Shown: piece after piece, positions 42,850-57,859 of the stretch
Numbering within the stretch: the stretch's first letter is position 1
Layout: the number at the start of each line of letters is the position of its first letter
Source: Chrysomallon squamiferum
Lineage: Eukaryota > Animalia > Mollusca
Direction of reading: 5' to 3'
Assembly (NCBI GenBank): GCA_012295275.1
Contig: CM022672.1
Span: forward strand, 14,446,001-14,510,000
Length of the DNA: 64,000 nucleotides
Program-made: the position numbers and the translations under genes
The notes under the pieces: generated by a model
Seen by the model: the letters and a program-made list of their open reading frames with translations, nothing else
The model's database searches: none
Told to the model about the DNA's origin: nothing

Positions 42850-43483
42850 TCGCTTAACATAAAAATTAAAAAACAAGAAGAAAGATATATTTATTACTTG
42901 AAAAGAGAACTGTTATGAATACTATTAATAAAGATATTACTAGGTTTACTTATTCATCACACTGCATAAAAAACAGGTTAATTAGGTCTCAGTCAGGTTA
43001 AAGTGAAACAAAAAATTGAAATCTGAGCATTTATTATTAACATTATTAATGTTCTTATTCCTGTTGCTGTTGATGCTGCTGTCGTTGTTGTTGTTGTTGC
43101 TGTTGTTGTGTATGAAAAAAAAAGTAATTGTATTTAAATTTTAGTTAAAGTGTGGATTTAAAGTTATATTCAAACGGTTTTTGTACACATTTTTCAAACG
43201 TTATTTTAATTGGTTAAATATTTGTTTGTATCTATTTTTTCTTCATATTGAAATTCATTTCATTATTAAAGATAGTTTATGACTATTTTCCGCTGTTTTC
43301 ATGAATTCTGATCCACCTCTGTAATATAATTGGAAGAAATGTAACGAAAAATTGTTTGAAGAAAAATAGGTTTGCTCCAGCAAACACACACACACGCACA
43401 CACACACAAACACATATATCTGCGTAATAAAATTGTAATTATTTTAATATTAACTCCAAATTCACTAATTATTATTAATATTA

Positions 43484-43538
<55 letters not shown>

Positions 43539-46063
43539 CGTTAATACTAATGCTGTATTAATTCACTAAATATGATATATTATTAAACAAGAAAAAAGAT
43601 TTATATTTATTACTTAAAAACAGAACTGTTATGAATATTAGTAACAGAAGTGTTGCTAGGATATTTCTTCATCTCAATGCATAAAAAACAAGTTAATTAG
43701 CTATCCGTTAGGTCAAAGTAAAACAGAAAAATTCAAGACTGAGCATTCATTATTGATATTATTAATCTTCTTGTTCTTGTTGATACTGCTGTGGTCGTTC
43801 TTGTTGTTGTTGTGTATGAACAAAAAAGTAATTGTATTTAAGTTTTAGTTAAAGTGCAGATTTAAAGTTTTAATCAAATTGTTTTCGCATACATTTTGAA
43901 AACATTATTTTAATTCGTTAAATATTTGTTTGTATCTATTTTTTCTTTATACTGAAATTCATCTGTCTAATATAATTGCAACAAATATACTAAAGCAGAC
44001 AGACAGACACAAATATCAATACACTCCCCTAAATGCAGCATTCATTATTGATATCATTAATGTTCTTATTCCTGTTCTTGTTGATGCTGCTGTGGTTGTT
44101 GTTGCTGTTGTTGTATATGAATAAAAAAGTAATTGTATTTACATTTTAGTTGAAATGTGGATTTAAAGTTATATTCAAATGATTTTTCTACTGGTTAAAT
44201 ATTTGTTTCTCGATTTTTTCTTTATATTGAAATTCATATCATTATTAAAGATAGTTTACGACTATTTTCCGTTCTTTTCTTGAATTCTGATCCGCCTTTG
44301 TAATATAATTGCGACAAACATACACAGGCAGACAGACAGACACACACACACACACAAACACACATCCCTTATATTTATTTCACTTTATTACTTAAGATGA
44401 CAAAAGTTATGTTTATCTAATCCTTATTTTAATATTAACTCTAAATGCAGTAATTATTATTACTATTGTTATTATTGTTATTGTTATTATAATTATCAAT
44501 ATTATTAATCTTGTATTAATTCACATAACATGATCAATTTTAAAAGAAAAAATATATATATAATTACTTAAAAACAGAACTTTTTAAATAACATTAACAA
44601 ATCTGTTGCTAGGATATTTCTTTATCTCACTGCATAAAAAATAAGTTAATTAGGTATCAGCTAGGTCAAATTAAAACGTTTTTTCACCGGAACATGAAGC
44701 AGTTTTATATATAATAAAACTATAATTATTCTAATAATAACTCTAAATTCAGTTATTATTATTAGTATTGTTATCAGCGTCATCATCATGATCATTATTA
44801 TTATTATTATTATTTTTTTTTATTATTATTATTATTTTTATTATTAATTCACTTAAAATGATAAATTAGAAAAGAAGAAGAAATATATATTTATTGCTTA
44901 AAAACAGAATTGTTATGAATAATATTGATAAAGCTGTTGATAGGTTTATTGACTCCATAAAAAATAAGTTAATTAGGTTTCAGTTTAAACATTTTTTCAC
45001 CGGAACATGGAACAGTTTTAGGATTTAAGAATTTATTATTGATATTATTAATGTTGTTGTCCTTGTTCACCTTGATTCTACTATCGTTGTTGTAGTTGAT
45101 GTTGTTGTGTATGAAAAGAAAAGTATTTGTATTTAAATTTTAGTTAAAGGGTGGATTTAAAGTTTGAATCAAATGGTTTTCGCAGACATTTTTCAAAGGT
45201 TATTTTAACTGGTTAAATATTTTTTTATCTAGTTTTTCAGTAAAATGTAATTCATTTATCATTAAAGATAGTTTGTGACTATTTTCTGCTTTTTTGTTGA
45301 ATTCTGATCCGCCTCTCCAATATAATTCTAATAAGTTTAACGAAAACATATTTTAAGAAAAATAGTTTTACTGCAGAGCGCGCGCGCTCGCACGCACACA
45401 CACACACACACACACACACCTATAATTATTTTAATATTAACTATAAATACAATAATTATTATTATTGTTGTTGTTGTTGTTGTTATTATTATTACTATTA
45501 ATCTTGTATTAATTCACATAAATTGATAAATTATAGAAGATGAAGAAATATATATTTATTGCTTAAAAACAGAACTGTTATGAAAAACATTAACAGATGT
45601 GTTGTTAGGTTTATTTCTTAATGTCACTGCATAAAAGATTAATCAGGTGTAAGTTTAAATCAAAGTGAAACATTTTTTCAACGGACTATGCAGCAGTTGT
45701 AAGGTTTGAGCTGTTATTATTGATATTATTAATGTTCTTGTTGCTGTTGCTGCTGCGGTGGTTGTTGTGGTTGTTGTTGTTGTGTATGAACAGAAAAGTA
45801 ATTAGATTTAAGTTTTAGTTAAAGTGTGGCTTTAAAGTTTTAATCAAATATCTTTTGCGCACATTTTCAAAACGTCATTTTAACTGGTTAAATATTGGTT
45901 CATATCTATTTTTTCTTTATAGTGAAATTCATTTCATTATTAAAGATAGTTTATGAGTATTTTCCGCGCTTTTCTTGAATTCTGATCCACTTCTGTAATA
46001 TAACTGGAATAAATGTAACGAAATTTTTTTTAAGAAAAATAGGTTTGCTGCTGCAAATACACA

Positions 46064-46101
<38 letters not shown>

Positions 46102-46763
46102 TATACACACATATATTTATGTAACAAAATTGTAATTATTTTAATATTAACCCTGAATGCAGTAATTATTATTATTATTATTATTATTATTATTTTCATT
46201 ATTATTAATCTTTTATTAATTCATTTAACATGATAAATTATAAAAGAAGAAGAAAGATATATTTATTACTTAAAAACAGAACTGTTATGAATAATATTAA
46301 CAGATGTGTTGCTAGGATATTTCTTTATCTCATTGCATAAAAAAATAAGTTAATTAGGTATCAGCTAGTCAAAGTAAAACAAAAAATTCAAGTTTGAGCA
46401 TTCATTATTGATATTATGTCAATGCATAAAAAGTAAGTTAATTAGGTATCAGTTTAAATCGAAGTAAAACGTTATTTTCATCGGAACATGGAGCAGTTTT
46501 AAGGTTTGAGCGATTATTATTGATATTATTAATGTTCTTGATTTTTTTCATGTTGATGATGATATCGTTGTTGTTGTCGCTGTTGTTGTGTGTTGAAAAA
46601 ATATCTTTGCAGTACACACACACACACAGACAGACAGGCAGACACACACACATAAACACATACGTTGTTCTTAAATTTGTTTCAGTTTATTGCTTAAGAT
46701 GAGAAAATTATATATTTACGTAATAAAACTATAATTATTTTAATATTAACTCTAAATTCAGTA

Positions 46764-46837
<74 letters not shown>

Positions 46838-46926
46838 CATTGTTTTTATTATTATTATTATTATTATTATGATTATGATTATGATTATTATTATTATTAT
46901 TATTATTATCATCATCATCATCATCA

Positions 46927-46970
<44 letters not shown>

Positions 46971-48028
46971 TCACTTAATGTGATGAATTATAAAAAAACA
47001 AGGATTATCTATTTATTGCTTAAAAACTGCTTGTTGCTGCTGCTGTGGTAGTTGTTGTTGCTGTTGTTGTTGTGTATGAACAGAAAAGTAATTGTATTCA
47101 AATTTTAATTACGGTGTGGATTTAAAGATTGAATCATATGGTTTTCGCACACATTTTTCAAACGTTATTTTAACTGGTTAAATATTTTTTTTATCTAGTT
47201 TTTCAGTAAAATGAAATTCATTTATCATTAAAGATAGTTTGTGACTATTTTCTGCTTTTTTCTTGAATTCTGATCAGCCTCTCCGATATAATTGTAACAA
47301 GTATAACGAACAAATATATATTTTTTAAAATAGCTTTGCTGCAGCAAATGTACACACACACACACACACACACACATTTTCCCTGTTTATTTCAGTTTAT
47401 TAATTTAGATCACAAATATATCATATATTTATGTAACAAAACAGTAAATGTTTTAACAAAAGAAAGGAAAACCAAAAATTTAAAAATTTTAGTTGTTGTG
47501 CTGCTGTAGGTGAGCATTGATTATAATTATTATTATTATAATTCTTCTTATTATTATTATTATTATCATTAGACGCATATCGCACTGCATCGCAAATTTA
47601 AATCGTACACGTGACTAAAAAGAAAACGATAGCAACTGTATGATGAACAGAATGAAGAAAGCTTGACAGAAATAATGTTGCAGAGTTAATTGATCGACCA
47701 TCCTGGAAACTGTCAAAATAGAGAAAGTCGTCCCGTGTCATTATTAAAGATAGTTTATGAGTAGTATAACTGGGATAAATGTAACGAAAAATTGTTTTAA
47801 GAAAAATAGTTTTGCTGCAACAGATACACACACACACACACACACACACAGACATCACACACACACAGACAACACAAACACACACACTCAGACATCACAC
47901 ACACAGACAGCACACACACAAACACACACAGACAATACACACACACACACATAGACATCACACACACAGACATTTACGTAATAAAATTGTATTTATTTTA
48001 ATATTAACTCTAAATGCAGTCATTATTA

Positions 48029-48069
<41 letters not shown>

Positions 48070-48640
48070 TTCATTATTATTAATGTTGTATTAATTCACT
48101 TAACATGATAAATTATAAAAGAAGAAGAAAGATATATTTATTACTTAAAAACAGAACTGTTATGAATAATATTAACAGATGTGTTGCTAGGATATTTCTT
48201 TATCTCATTGCATAAAAAAATAAGTTAATTAGGTATCAGCTAGTCAAAGTAAAACAAAAAATTCAAGTTTGAGCATTCATTATTGATATTATGTCAATGC
48301 ATAAAAAGTAAGTTAATTAGGTATCAGTTTAAATCGAAGTTAAACGTTATTTTCATCGGAACATGGAGCAGTTTTAAGGTTTGAGCGATTATTATTGATA
48401 TTATTAATGTTCTTGATTTTTTTCATGTTGATGCTGATATCGTTGTTGTTGTCGCTGTTGTTGTGTGTTGAAAAAATATCTTTGCAGCACACACACACAC
48501 ACACAGACAGACAGGCAGACACACACACATAAACACATACGTTGTTCTTAAATTTGTTTCAGTTTATTGCTTAAGATGAGAAAATTATATATTTACGTAA
48601 TAAAACTATAATTATTTTAAAATTAACTCTAAATTCAGTA

Positions 48641-48708
<68 letters not shown>

Positions 48709-48800
48709 CATTGTTTTTATTATTATTATTATGATTATGATTATGATTATGATTATGATTATGATTATTATTATTATCATCATCATCATCATCATCATCA

Positions 48801-48835
<35 letters not shown>

Positions 48836-49245
48836 TCACTTAATGTGATGAATTATAAAAAAAGAAGGATTATCTATTTATTGCTTAAAAACTGCTTGTT
48901 GCTGCTGCTGTGGTAGTTGTTGTTGCTGTTGTTTCTGTGTATGAACAGAAAAGTAATTGTATTCAAATTTTAATTACGGTGTGGATTTAAAGATTGAATC
49001 ATATGGTTTTCGCACACATTTTTCAAACGTTATTTTAACTGGTTAAATATTTTTTTTATCTAGTTTTTCAGTAAAATGAAATTCATTTATCATTAAAGAT
49101 AGTTTGTGACTATTTTCTGCTTTTTTCTTGAATTCTGATCAGCCTCTCCGATATAATTGTAACAAGTATAACGAACAAATATATATTTTTTAAAATAGCT
49201 TTGCTGCAGCAAATGTACACACACACACATACACATGCACGCGCG

Positions 49246-49289
<44 letters not shown>

Positions 49290-49650
49290 TTTTCCCTGTT
49301 TATTTCAGTTTATTAATTTAGATCACAAATATATCATATATTTATGTAACAAAACAGTAAATGTTTTAACAAAAGAAAGGAAAACCAAAAATTTAAAAAT
49401 TTTAGTTGTTGTGCTGCTGTAGGTGAGCATTGATTATAATTATTATTATTATAATTCTTCTTCTTATTATTATTATTATCATTAGACGCATATCGCACTG
49501 CATCGCAAATTTAAATCGTACACGTGACTAAAAAGAAAACGATAGCAACTGTATGATGAACAGAATGAAGAAAGCTTGACAGAAATAATGTTGCAGAGTT
49601 AATTGATCGACCATCCTGGAAACTGTCAAAATAGAGAAAGTCGTCCCGTG
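42800..49650 (+). repeat. Degenerate long-period tandem satellite (~0.6-0.8-kb units with embedded (ATT)n, (GTT)n, (CA)n)
   Basis: Recurring blocks: CAGAACTGTTATGAATA (near 42906, 43621, 44575, 44905, 45570, 46277, 48151), GTGTATGAA..AAGTAATTGTATTTA (near 43110, 43815, 44115, 45110, 45785, 47075, 48940) and TTGAATTCTGATCC. Confidence 0.9.
45934..49650 (+). repeat. Recent tandem duplication (45934-47737 and 47738-49650)
   Basis: Near-identical copies that both end in GAGAAAGTCGTCCCGTG. The junction at 47737/47738 returns to TCATTATTAAAGATAGTTTATGAGTA. Confidence 0.88.
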
Positions 49651-51108
49651 CACATTTACGGGGCGGGGTGGGGGGAAACTGTGTATTGCATGTTCAAACA
49701 ATGAAATGTTTTTCTCTGTGTTGATAAGCAATTATGTTCTAGGATTCCTATGGTCAAAACATATGTTCGGTCTGACAGTTAATACCAACATTGTTATTTC
49801 AGGTTCCCCTATTTTTTTAATATATTATTATTATTATTTTTTTTTTTTTTTTTTTTTTTTTTGAAGAATATGTGTGCTCCAAGCAAAACATTAAATAAAT
49901 TTGGGGAAATAACTCTTGAAACCATAAGGCAAGTAAAAGCAAACATTCAGGAAAGCCTGAGTCAAGGGTTTTTTGTTTGTTTTTAATTTTATTTTTTTTT
50001 TTTATTATTATTATTATTTTTTTAATTTAATTGCTTTGAGAATAGTTAAAATATTGTCAAAATATTGTCAAAATTAATAGTTTTAATACAAAAAAAACGT
50101 TGTTACCATGTTTTCCAACAAAGTAATAATAATAATAATAATAAAATTTAAATAAAACTAAAAACAATTCTAAAAATGTGCATGAAATAGAATATTTTAA
50201 ACATCTGAAAACATTCCTCACTGAATTATGGGATACACTAATTTTCATTACACTCTTGTTGTCTGTTCTTCTTATTATCATTATTATTATTTTCATGAAG
50301 TACGCCAGGGTACGAAGGCCTGTTCAAGGTGCGCATGCTCAAATGATGGTTCGCTAACGTAAAACTTACATTATTCTGAACAAAGGAAATCTGTTGCGAT
50401 GTTAAATTCCAATCAAACAGACATTAAAATTAAACATTTCTGAAATTTTTAAACAAACGTTGCTGCTATTATTAGACTTAAAATGTGTGTGATATACATG
50501 TGTGATCTATGAACCTGCTATGCGTCCGTACAGCTGAACATATACAGCAAAAATATACAATGAGAACAAATCCCACAGTTTTTCTTTTTATATTTCTTAT
50601 GAATATCTTTGGACTCTTCGAGATATAAGTATGTTTCAGTTTGAGGGGTTTTCAGGTTTAGCCAGATACTAGATGTGGAAGAAAAAATATTCTGTGTGTA
50701 ACATAATGAATGTCTGTGAGTTGAAAACGAGAAATTATTGCCATAACAGTTACATAGAATAACATTAATGATACTAAAAATAATATTGAAATATAAAAAT
50801 AAAAAAAATAATTTTTTTTTTTTAAATGTCGGATAATTTTTTTTTTTATAAGACACATAAAAACGTATATAGCAAATTTCACCTCACGCCAAAACGCATA
50901 TCTAGCACAAAGGTGAAAAATGATATAAGTCAAGTTATGTGGGCTACGCTTTAACAACAACAAAAAAACAACAACAACAAATAATCATGTAACGTTATTA
51001 AAAGAACGTAAGGGGTCACCTATAGGTATGGAGGACGCAGTAGAAAATGACACAGTACATAGATAAAAGCATGAAGGTCATAGAAAATTAAGAAAGGATA
51101 ATAATAAC

Positions 51109-51161
<53 letters not shown>

Positions 51162-51193
51162 TAATAATGATAATGATAATATAAATAATAATG

Positions 51194-51227
<34 letters not shown>

Positions 51228-51394
51228 GTAAATAAAAATATTTGTGAAAAAAAAATAATAATGTACCGAGTGTTCATCCTTTAAAAAACAAAAAACAAAA
51301 AAACAACAACAAAAAAAAACGTCTTCTTTCTCTTAGCAAAAAGACTCCGGAGGAAAAGTCGTCACCAATTTGACAAAAGCGGCTTCAGCAACAG

Positions 51395-51425
<31 letters not shown>

Positions 51426-52942
51426 AGCAACAACAACAACAACCAAACACCCAGCACTGTTTTAATATAATCACTGCGATGAGCAGAACGCCGATGAATT
51501 CAATTTGTCAGGGAGAAGTAATTATTGCCCGTATTGAGCTAAACCATTGCAAGTCATTAACTTATTGGTGCAGATGGCGCTGCTGGTCTGAGCTGAACGT
51601 CTGCTGGTCGGAATAAATCTCTAATAGGCGATGAAACTTCTCGGGTCAGAATGCGGCGTGGTTAAGTAGAAGATCGTATCAACTTAAAAAACCAAGTCTG
51701 GCGAAACTGGCAACAGGAAAACCACGTGCAAGGAAGTGAAGAATCGGGCGGCATGCTAAACGGATGAAAACCAAAACCAAAACCAAAACCAAAACCAAAA
51801 ATTTAAAAAAAAAAAAAAAAAAATGAAAATGGATGAATAGATTGAAGGAGGAAGAATCAAAATGAATAAATGAATGTATGAAAGGATGGATAAATGAATG
51901 AACTGAATGAATCAGTGAATGAGGTAGTGAGCTGAGTGAATCAAAGAATGAATTGACTGAATGAATCAGTGAATGAATTATAAGCGAATGAATCAGTGAA
52001 TGAGTCGTTTGATGGGATATAAAAATGAAAGAATGGGTGAATTGTTGTATATTATATTTATACGTATTATTAAATTCACCCGTTTACTATTCGAAACAAA
52101 ACAGCTTTCGAGATTATAGAACGTTCTTCTAGGAGTATTTTCGCTTTATTTCTAAACCTGTTATAAATAATGTGCTGTTAATATACTAATTGCCTTGGAA
52201 ACCATATAATTAATCCGAATAACATAATATTTCCCAACGACAGGTATGATGTGTTTCAATATAGGCATGTAAAAACAAAAAAGTATATATAAAACAGACA
52301 AAAAGGTAATATCACACAAACACACAAACACACACACACACAGACACACACACATATACACAGACACACACACACACACACACATATATATACTGTTCAT
52401 TACTGCTTCAAATTTCTCTAAATTTATTGTTGAGTTTTAGTTCTATTAGTTCGAAAAAAGTAAAAAACAAACTTTGTATGTTAGTGTTTACACAGATATT
52501 TTCAAAATAACATGGTAAATCCCATCTTCATTGCTCTAATTATCAAATAAAAAAAAGTAAAAAAAACAACATGATGGAAGGAACTTCTGTGGCATTGGCA
52601 AAGTATGTAATAAAATAATTCCGTATTAGGCGATAGGGTGTATTACATCTCACAGCACTATTTTATACATACACGCACGTACGCGCATACACATAAGCAT
52701 ACTCATCACTGCTGTTAGAATCAACATATTTTAATGTTTCGTTAACCATAATTTGTTATTAATTCATTAGTAACCACCATCGTTCACTACTACTAATACT
52801 ATTACTACTGCTACTATTGCATCAACTGGCATTATATTGCTGCTAATACTACTAGTACTACTATTCCTATTACAACTACTACTGTTACTTCTACTATACC
52901 TACTACTACCGCTACTGTTACTTCTATTACTGAAACATTTAC

Positions 52943-52987
<45 letters not shown>

Positions 52988-53747
52988 GGCTATATTATTA
53001 AAACAAAAACCGTAACTATTACTTCTTCTAATATTAACATTACTAACACTGCTATTATTATCAGCTTTATTTAAATTGGCAAAACAACATTTTCACCATT
53101 AATCATACTTATCATCATTCAAGTGGAGAACTACCGATAATTTTATTTTTTTCACCCCTCCTTTTATCCATAAAACATGAAAATACACTGCAGCTATTCG
53201 CACTAGAAATGAACTGCTTTGGCCCCCAGTGCATAAATTACCGCAGACCCTTGTCTGTTACCAAAGGTGAGGTAACTCTATCTACACCAATCAGTGACGG
53301 AGTGGTCTCCTCCCATGATATACCTTTCCCCTGCGAATCCTTCACCACGGGACAAGATTACACGCTACATTAGTGGAGGGGGAGATTGCGCGCCACCATG
53401 GTGGTCTGTGCACGGCGCTAGCATCTGCAATGGCAACGTGTTCGCGCTGGAAATCCACATGTCAGATGTCAAATCTATCGGTAATTTTTATTACGAATGT
53501 TTTTAATGTGCAAAATATAACGTCGTTGCAGTTTTGTTGGTTTTTTTTTTTTTTTTATTTTTTTAAATCAAGAGCTGTAACTTTTTTGGTTCAGTATATA
53601 CCTGTGAGGTGGTTTTCACAAGATTATTGCTGGGCGGTAACAAGGATGTTTTTTTTTTTTTTTTTTATTTATTGTTAACAAGTATTTTTTGTAAGAGGTT
53701 ATTTTAGAAATTATTATTTTGTTTTTCTATCACCTTGTTGTTGTTTG

Positions 53748-53778
<31 letters not shown>

Positions 53779-53968
53779 GTTAGGGGAGGGGGTTTTATGA
53801 CTGTTTCTCTGTAGTTTGCATATTATGACATGAACTTCCACGGGTACCAGTTTACTTCTTATTTAAAGATATTGTCTAGAAAAATCTTTTTGACGGCTCA
53901 TTTGTATTACAATTCTATAACATTAAACGAAAATTAGAGCAACTCAGTTTAGATCTCTCTCTGATCTT

Positions 53969-54265
53969 TTAATGTTGTTGTTCACGTTGATGCTTCTGTG
54001 GTTGTTGTTGCTGTGTGGTTGTGTATAAACAGAAAAGTAATTGTATCTAAATGTTAGTTAAAGTGTGGATTTAAAGTTTTAGTCAAATGGTTTTTCTTTA
54101 TTTATTTATTTTTTCTTCTTTATATTGAAATTCATTTCATTATTAAAGATAGGTTATGACAATTTTCCGCTTTCTTCTTGAATTCTGATCCGCCTTTTAT
54201 AATTCCAACAACTATAACGAACAAATATTTTAAGAAAAATAGCTCTGCTGCAACAAACACACATA

Positions 54266-54313
<48 letters not shown>

Positions 54314-54380
54314 TTTTCCCTAAATTTATATTTACGTAATGAAACTATAATTATTTTAATATTAACTCTAAATGTAATAA
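53969..54380 (+). repeat. Detached partial copy of the 42.8-49.6 kb satellite monomer
   Basis: Contains CAGAAAAGTAATTGTATCTAAATGTTAGTTAAAGTGTGGATTTAAAG, GAAATTCATTTCATTATTAAAGATAG and TTGAATTCTGATCCGCC in the same order as the array units. Confidence 0.85.
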
Positions 54381-54453
54381 TTATTATTGTTATGGTTATT
54401 ATTGTAGTTGCTGTTGTTGTTATTGTGTTGTAGTTATTGTCATTGTTATTATG

Positions 54454-54521
<68 letters not shown>

Positions 54522-54540
54522 GAGGAGTGTATTAAATTAT

Positions 54541-54595
<55 letters not shown>

Positions 54596-54964
54596 ATTAA
54601 TACTGAAATGTATTCAGCACAGTTCAAAATTTATTCAGTGTTTGCAATTAAATAAATCATTGCTCTAAAGATTTCTTTTCAAACAAGCTATCACATACAG
54701 AAATATAACACTTTACTTAATCGTCCCTTTAAATATAGTACCATTAAATAACTGTTGAAAAGAAGAGGTGATAAAAATGTATTGCTTTTCAAATCGTTGT
54801 GTTTATTTCGATCAAAACATAACGACTTGCCTAGGATCTTTATAATAGACATGCAAGTGCATTTATCCCTGAGAAAATGCCAGCTTTATATCAAAACTTG
54901 ATATCGTTAAATACAGGGTTGGTTTTATTTTATTTTATTTATTTTCTTTCACGTTTTTTCGTGT

Positions 54965-55001
<37 letters not shown>

Positions 55002-56666
55002 CAGTTTTGAAATGATATATATATATATATAGATAGATAGATAGATATAGATATATAATATATGGATCATTACTACTTGAGATTTCTCTAAATATACAAT
55101 TTCAAACTTCTTATTTCTTCACTTTAAACGTAAACACAAACCTTCTTCTTCGTTATATTTTTATCTACTTTCTGGTACAAGTTAATTTATATCATTATAT
55201 ATATTTTTTTTTTTTCTCTCTCTCTCTCTCCCTCTTTTTCTCTTTATATCTCCCATGATGATCCATAAAATCCGAGATCAGTTTACATTCAGCGCAAGCA
55301 GTTGGACAATAAATCCGCAGGGTTAGCAGTAAAATATCATTTATTTTGACACAAATTGGACAGCTTAGTCTATATTAGATCCTCATGCCTCGGTTTCTCC
55401 CCCGCCCCGTTATAAAGGCGCATTCGAGCGCTTCCTAAAACGTTCCCAGATTCATTGAGTCAGTGAACAGTGAGTTAACGATTTGAATGAATTAATTAAT
55501 GGGTGTTTAAAGTCCCGGCAAAATATTTTAACAGCAGTGTGTATTAGTTGACAGGTTTTATTTATTTATTTGTTTGTTGTTGTTGTTGTAATTATTGCTG
55601 TTGTTATTATTACTATTATTACTGTTGTTTTAGTTGTTGTTGTTGTTGTTATTATTATTGTTATTATTTTATTGTAGCAGTGGTAATAGCAGAAGTAGAT
55701 TTTATTATTGTTTTTGTTGTTACTGTTATTGTTATTGTTGTTTTAGTTGTTGTTATTATTAATATTATTATTATTATGATTATTATTGTAGTGGTAGTAG
55801 TAGCAGTAGCAGAAGTAGATGTTGTTTTTTGTTGTTGTTTTTATTATTATTATTTTTGTATTATTGTAGTTGCAGTAGTAGCAATAGTAGAAGCAGCTGT
55901 ACTATATAACTGTTGTCATTATTAAATCAGTCATTATAATATTACTCATGCTATGATTATAACTGAAGATGATTTAATTTCATGATGATTAATGATGATG
56001 TGATGACTTCTTCGGGTCTATTACGCTACCATGATAATGACGATGATGATGATGTTGGTTACGATGCTACGGAAAACAAAACAGAAATCTGTAAAAAAAA
56101 ATTATCTCTCTCTTTCTCTTTTTTTCTCTCTCTCTCTCTGCCTCACCAAATGGCCGCTTCTTTAATATAAATGGAATATTTGCCCCGCGGCGGTACCAGT
56201 CCTCCTCCTTATTATTATTATTATTATTACTTCTCCACCCACCACCACCACCCAACCCCCTCCCCTCTCTCTCTCTCTTTCTCTCTCTGTCTCTCTCCGA
56301 GTGTTCATGCAATCATTTCTGGACGAAAGGGTGCTAATCACACGAGACCAGACATCGCTGGAAATGAATAGCTCGGTTTTATCACACAGCTAGTTGGGCT
56401 TCTTAATCGTTGTGCGGCCATTGATTATCGACGTATAATTGAAATCACTCCGTAACGCGGCCAGCGACTGGCAACGGCGCTAAACGGTCGATAGACACAC
56501 ACACACACGCGCGAGCGAGCGAGTGACGACGGCAGCCACCGCGTTGATGACGGCTACGACGACGATTGTAGTAGTGGTTTGTGGTGGCTCTTTTCATGAA
56601 CAGGCAGGTTTCTCCTGTCTTTGGATTATGACTTTCGCTGTTTTCTCAACACGCACTCACACACAC

Positions 56667-56723
<57 letters not shown>

Positions 56724-57859
56724 ATAGCCGTGCTTGGACATGTCGGTGTTAAACAGTGCTGTTTGATTACATATGTGTTTTTTTTATATGTGATCTCAGC
56801 TTTTGGATACATCACTTCTGATGCTATTATTTTTAAGGATTGAAGAAAAAGGGAGAATTTACAGATTAGAAAAACTAATTGCCAGGCTATAAAAAGAATG
56901 ATAATAATAATAATAATAATAATATATAGTGATGATGGTGATAATGATGATGATAATAAACACTGTGATATATATCATTACCGCTGTTAATGTTATTATT
57001 GCTATTACTGCTACTACAACAACAAATACGTCAATATTACATCTACTACTTCTACTTCATCATCAGCAACACAACAACAACAACAAAAAACGGTAATAAC
57101 AATAAATAAAAAAAGAAGCAAACAAACAAATGAACAAAAAATACAAACAATAAATAAACAAATCAATAAATAAATAAATAAATCAATATAAGAACATTTT
57201 TATAAGTGAAAAGGGAAGATACTGAAATCATTTAATGTTCCATAATTTCAGAGATTTATTGAGAATGCTTAAACTTCATTAACAATAATAATGATACTTG
57301 TACTGCTACTACTACTACTACTTCGACCAACACTACTACTACTACTATTGCTACTACTCCTACGACTACTGCTGCTACTACTACTACGATTACTACTGCA
57401 ACTACCACCACGACTACTGCTACTACTCTACTACTGTTGAAGATGATATAACTAAATTAAATAACTTCAACATAATAATTATACTTATACTACTACTACT
57501 ACTACTGTCACTATTACTATGACGATGATAATGATAATGATATAAATAAATAAATAAATTTTTATTTTTGTGTCAAAATGTTACGTAATTACTTTATTAA
57601 TTAAAAATGAAATCTGTAGTAATAACAACAACAACAACAACAACAGTGGCCATATTTTCTTCTCAATACAAAACATTATACACAAAGGTTCACATTAACA
57701 AAAACAAATAATGAACGTTATAAAGATCGAACGACTGTGTGTCTAAAATACGTTACAACATGTAAACGATTAACAGCTACGTTTTAACCGCTGATTTGTG
57801 GACGTGAACGCTACAGAAGAAAAAGAGAAAGAAAGAAAAAAAAAAAAAAAAAAAAAAAA

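Noticed and set aside
53388-53404. CCACCATGGTGG palindrome as a CTCF site or Kozak start
   Set aside because: It has an extra base relative to the CTCF core, and no convincing ORF follows the ATG.
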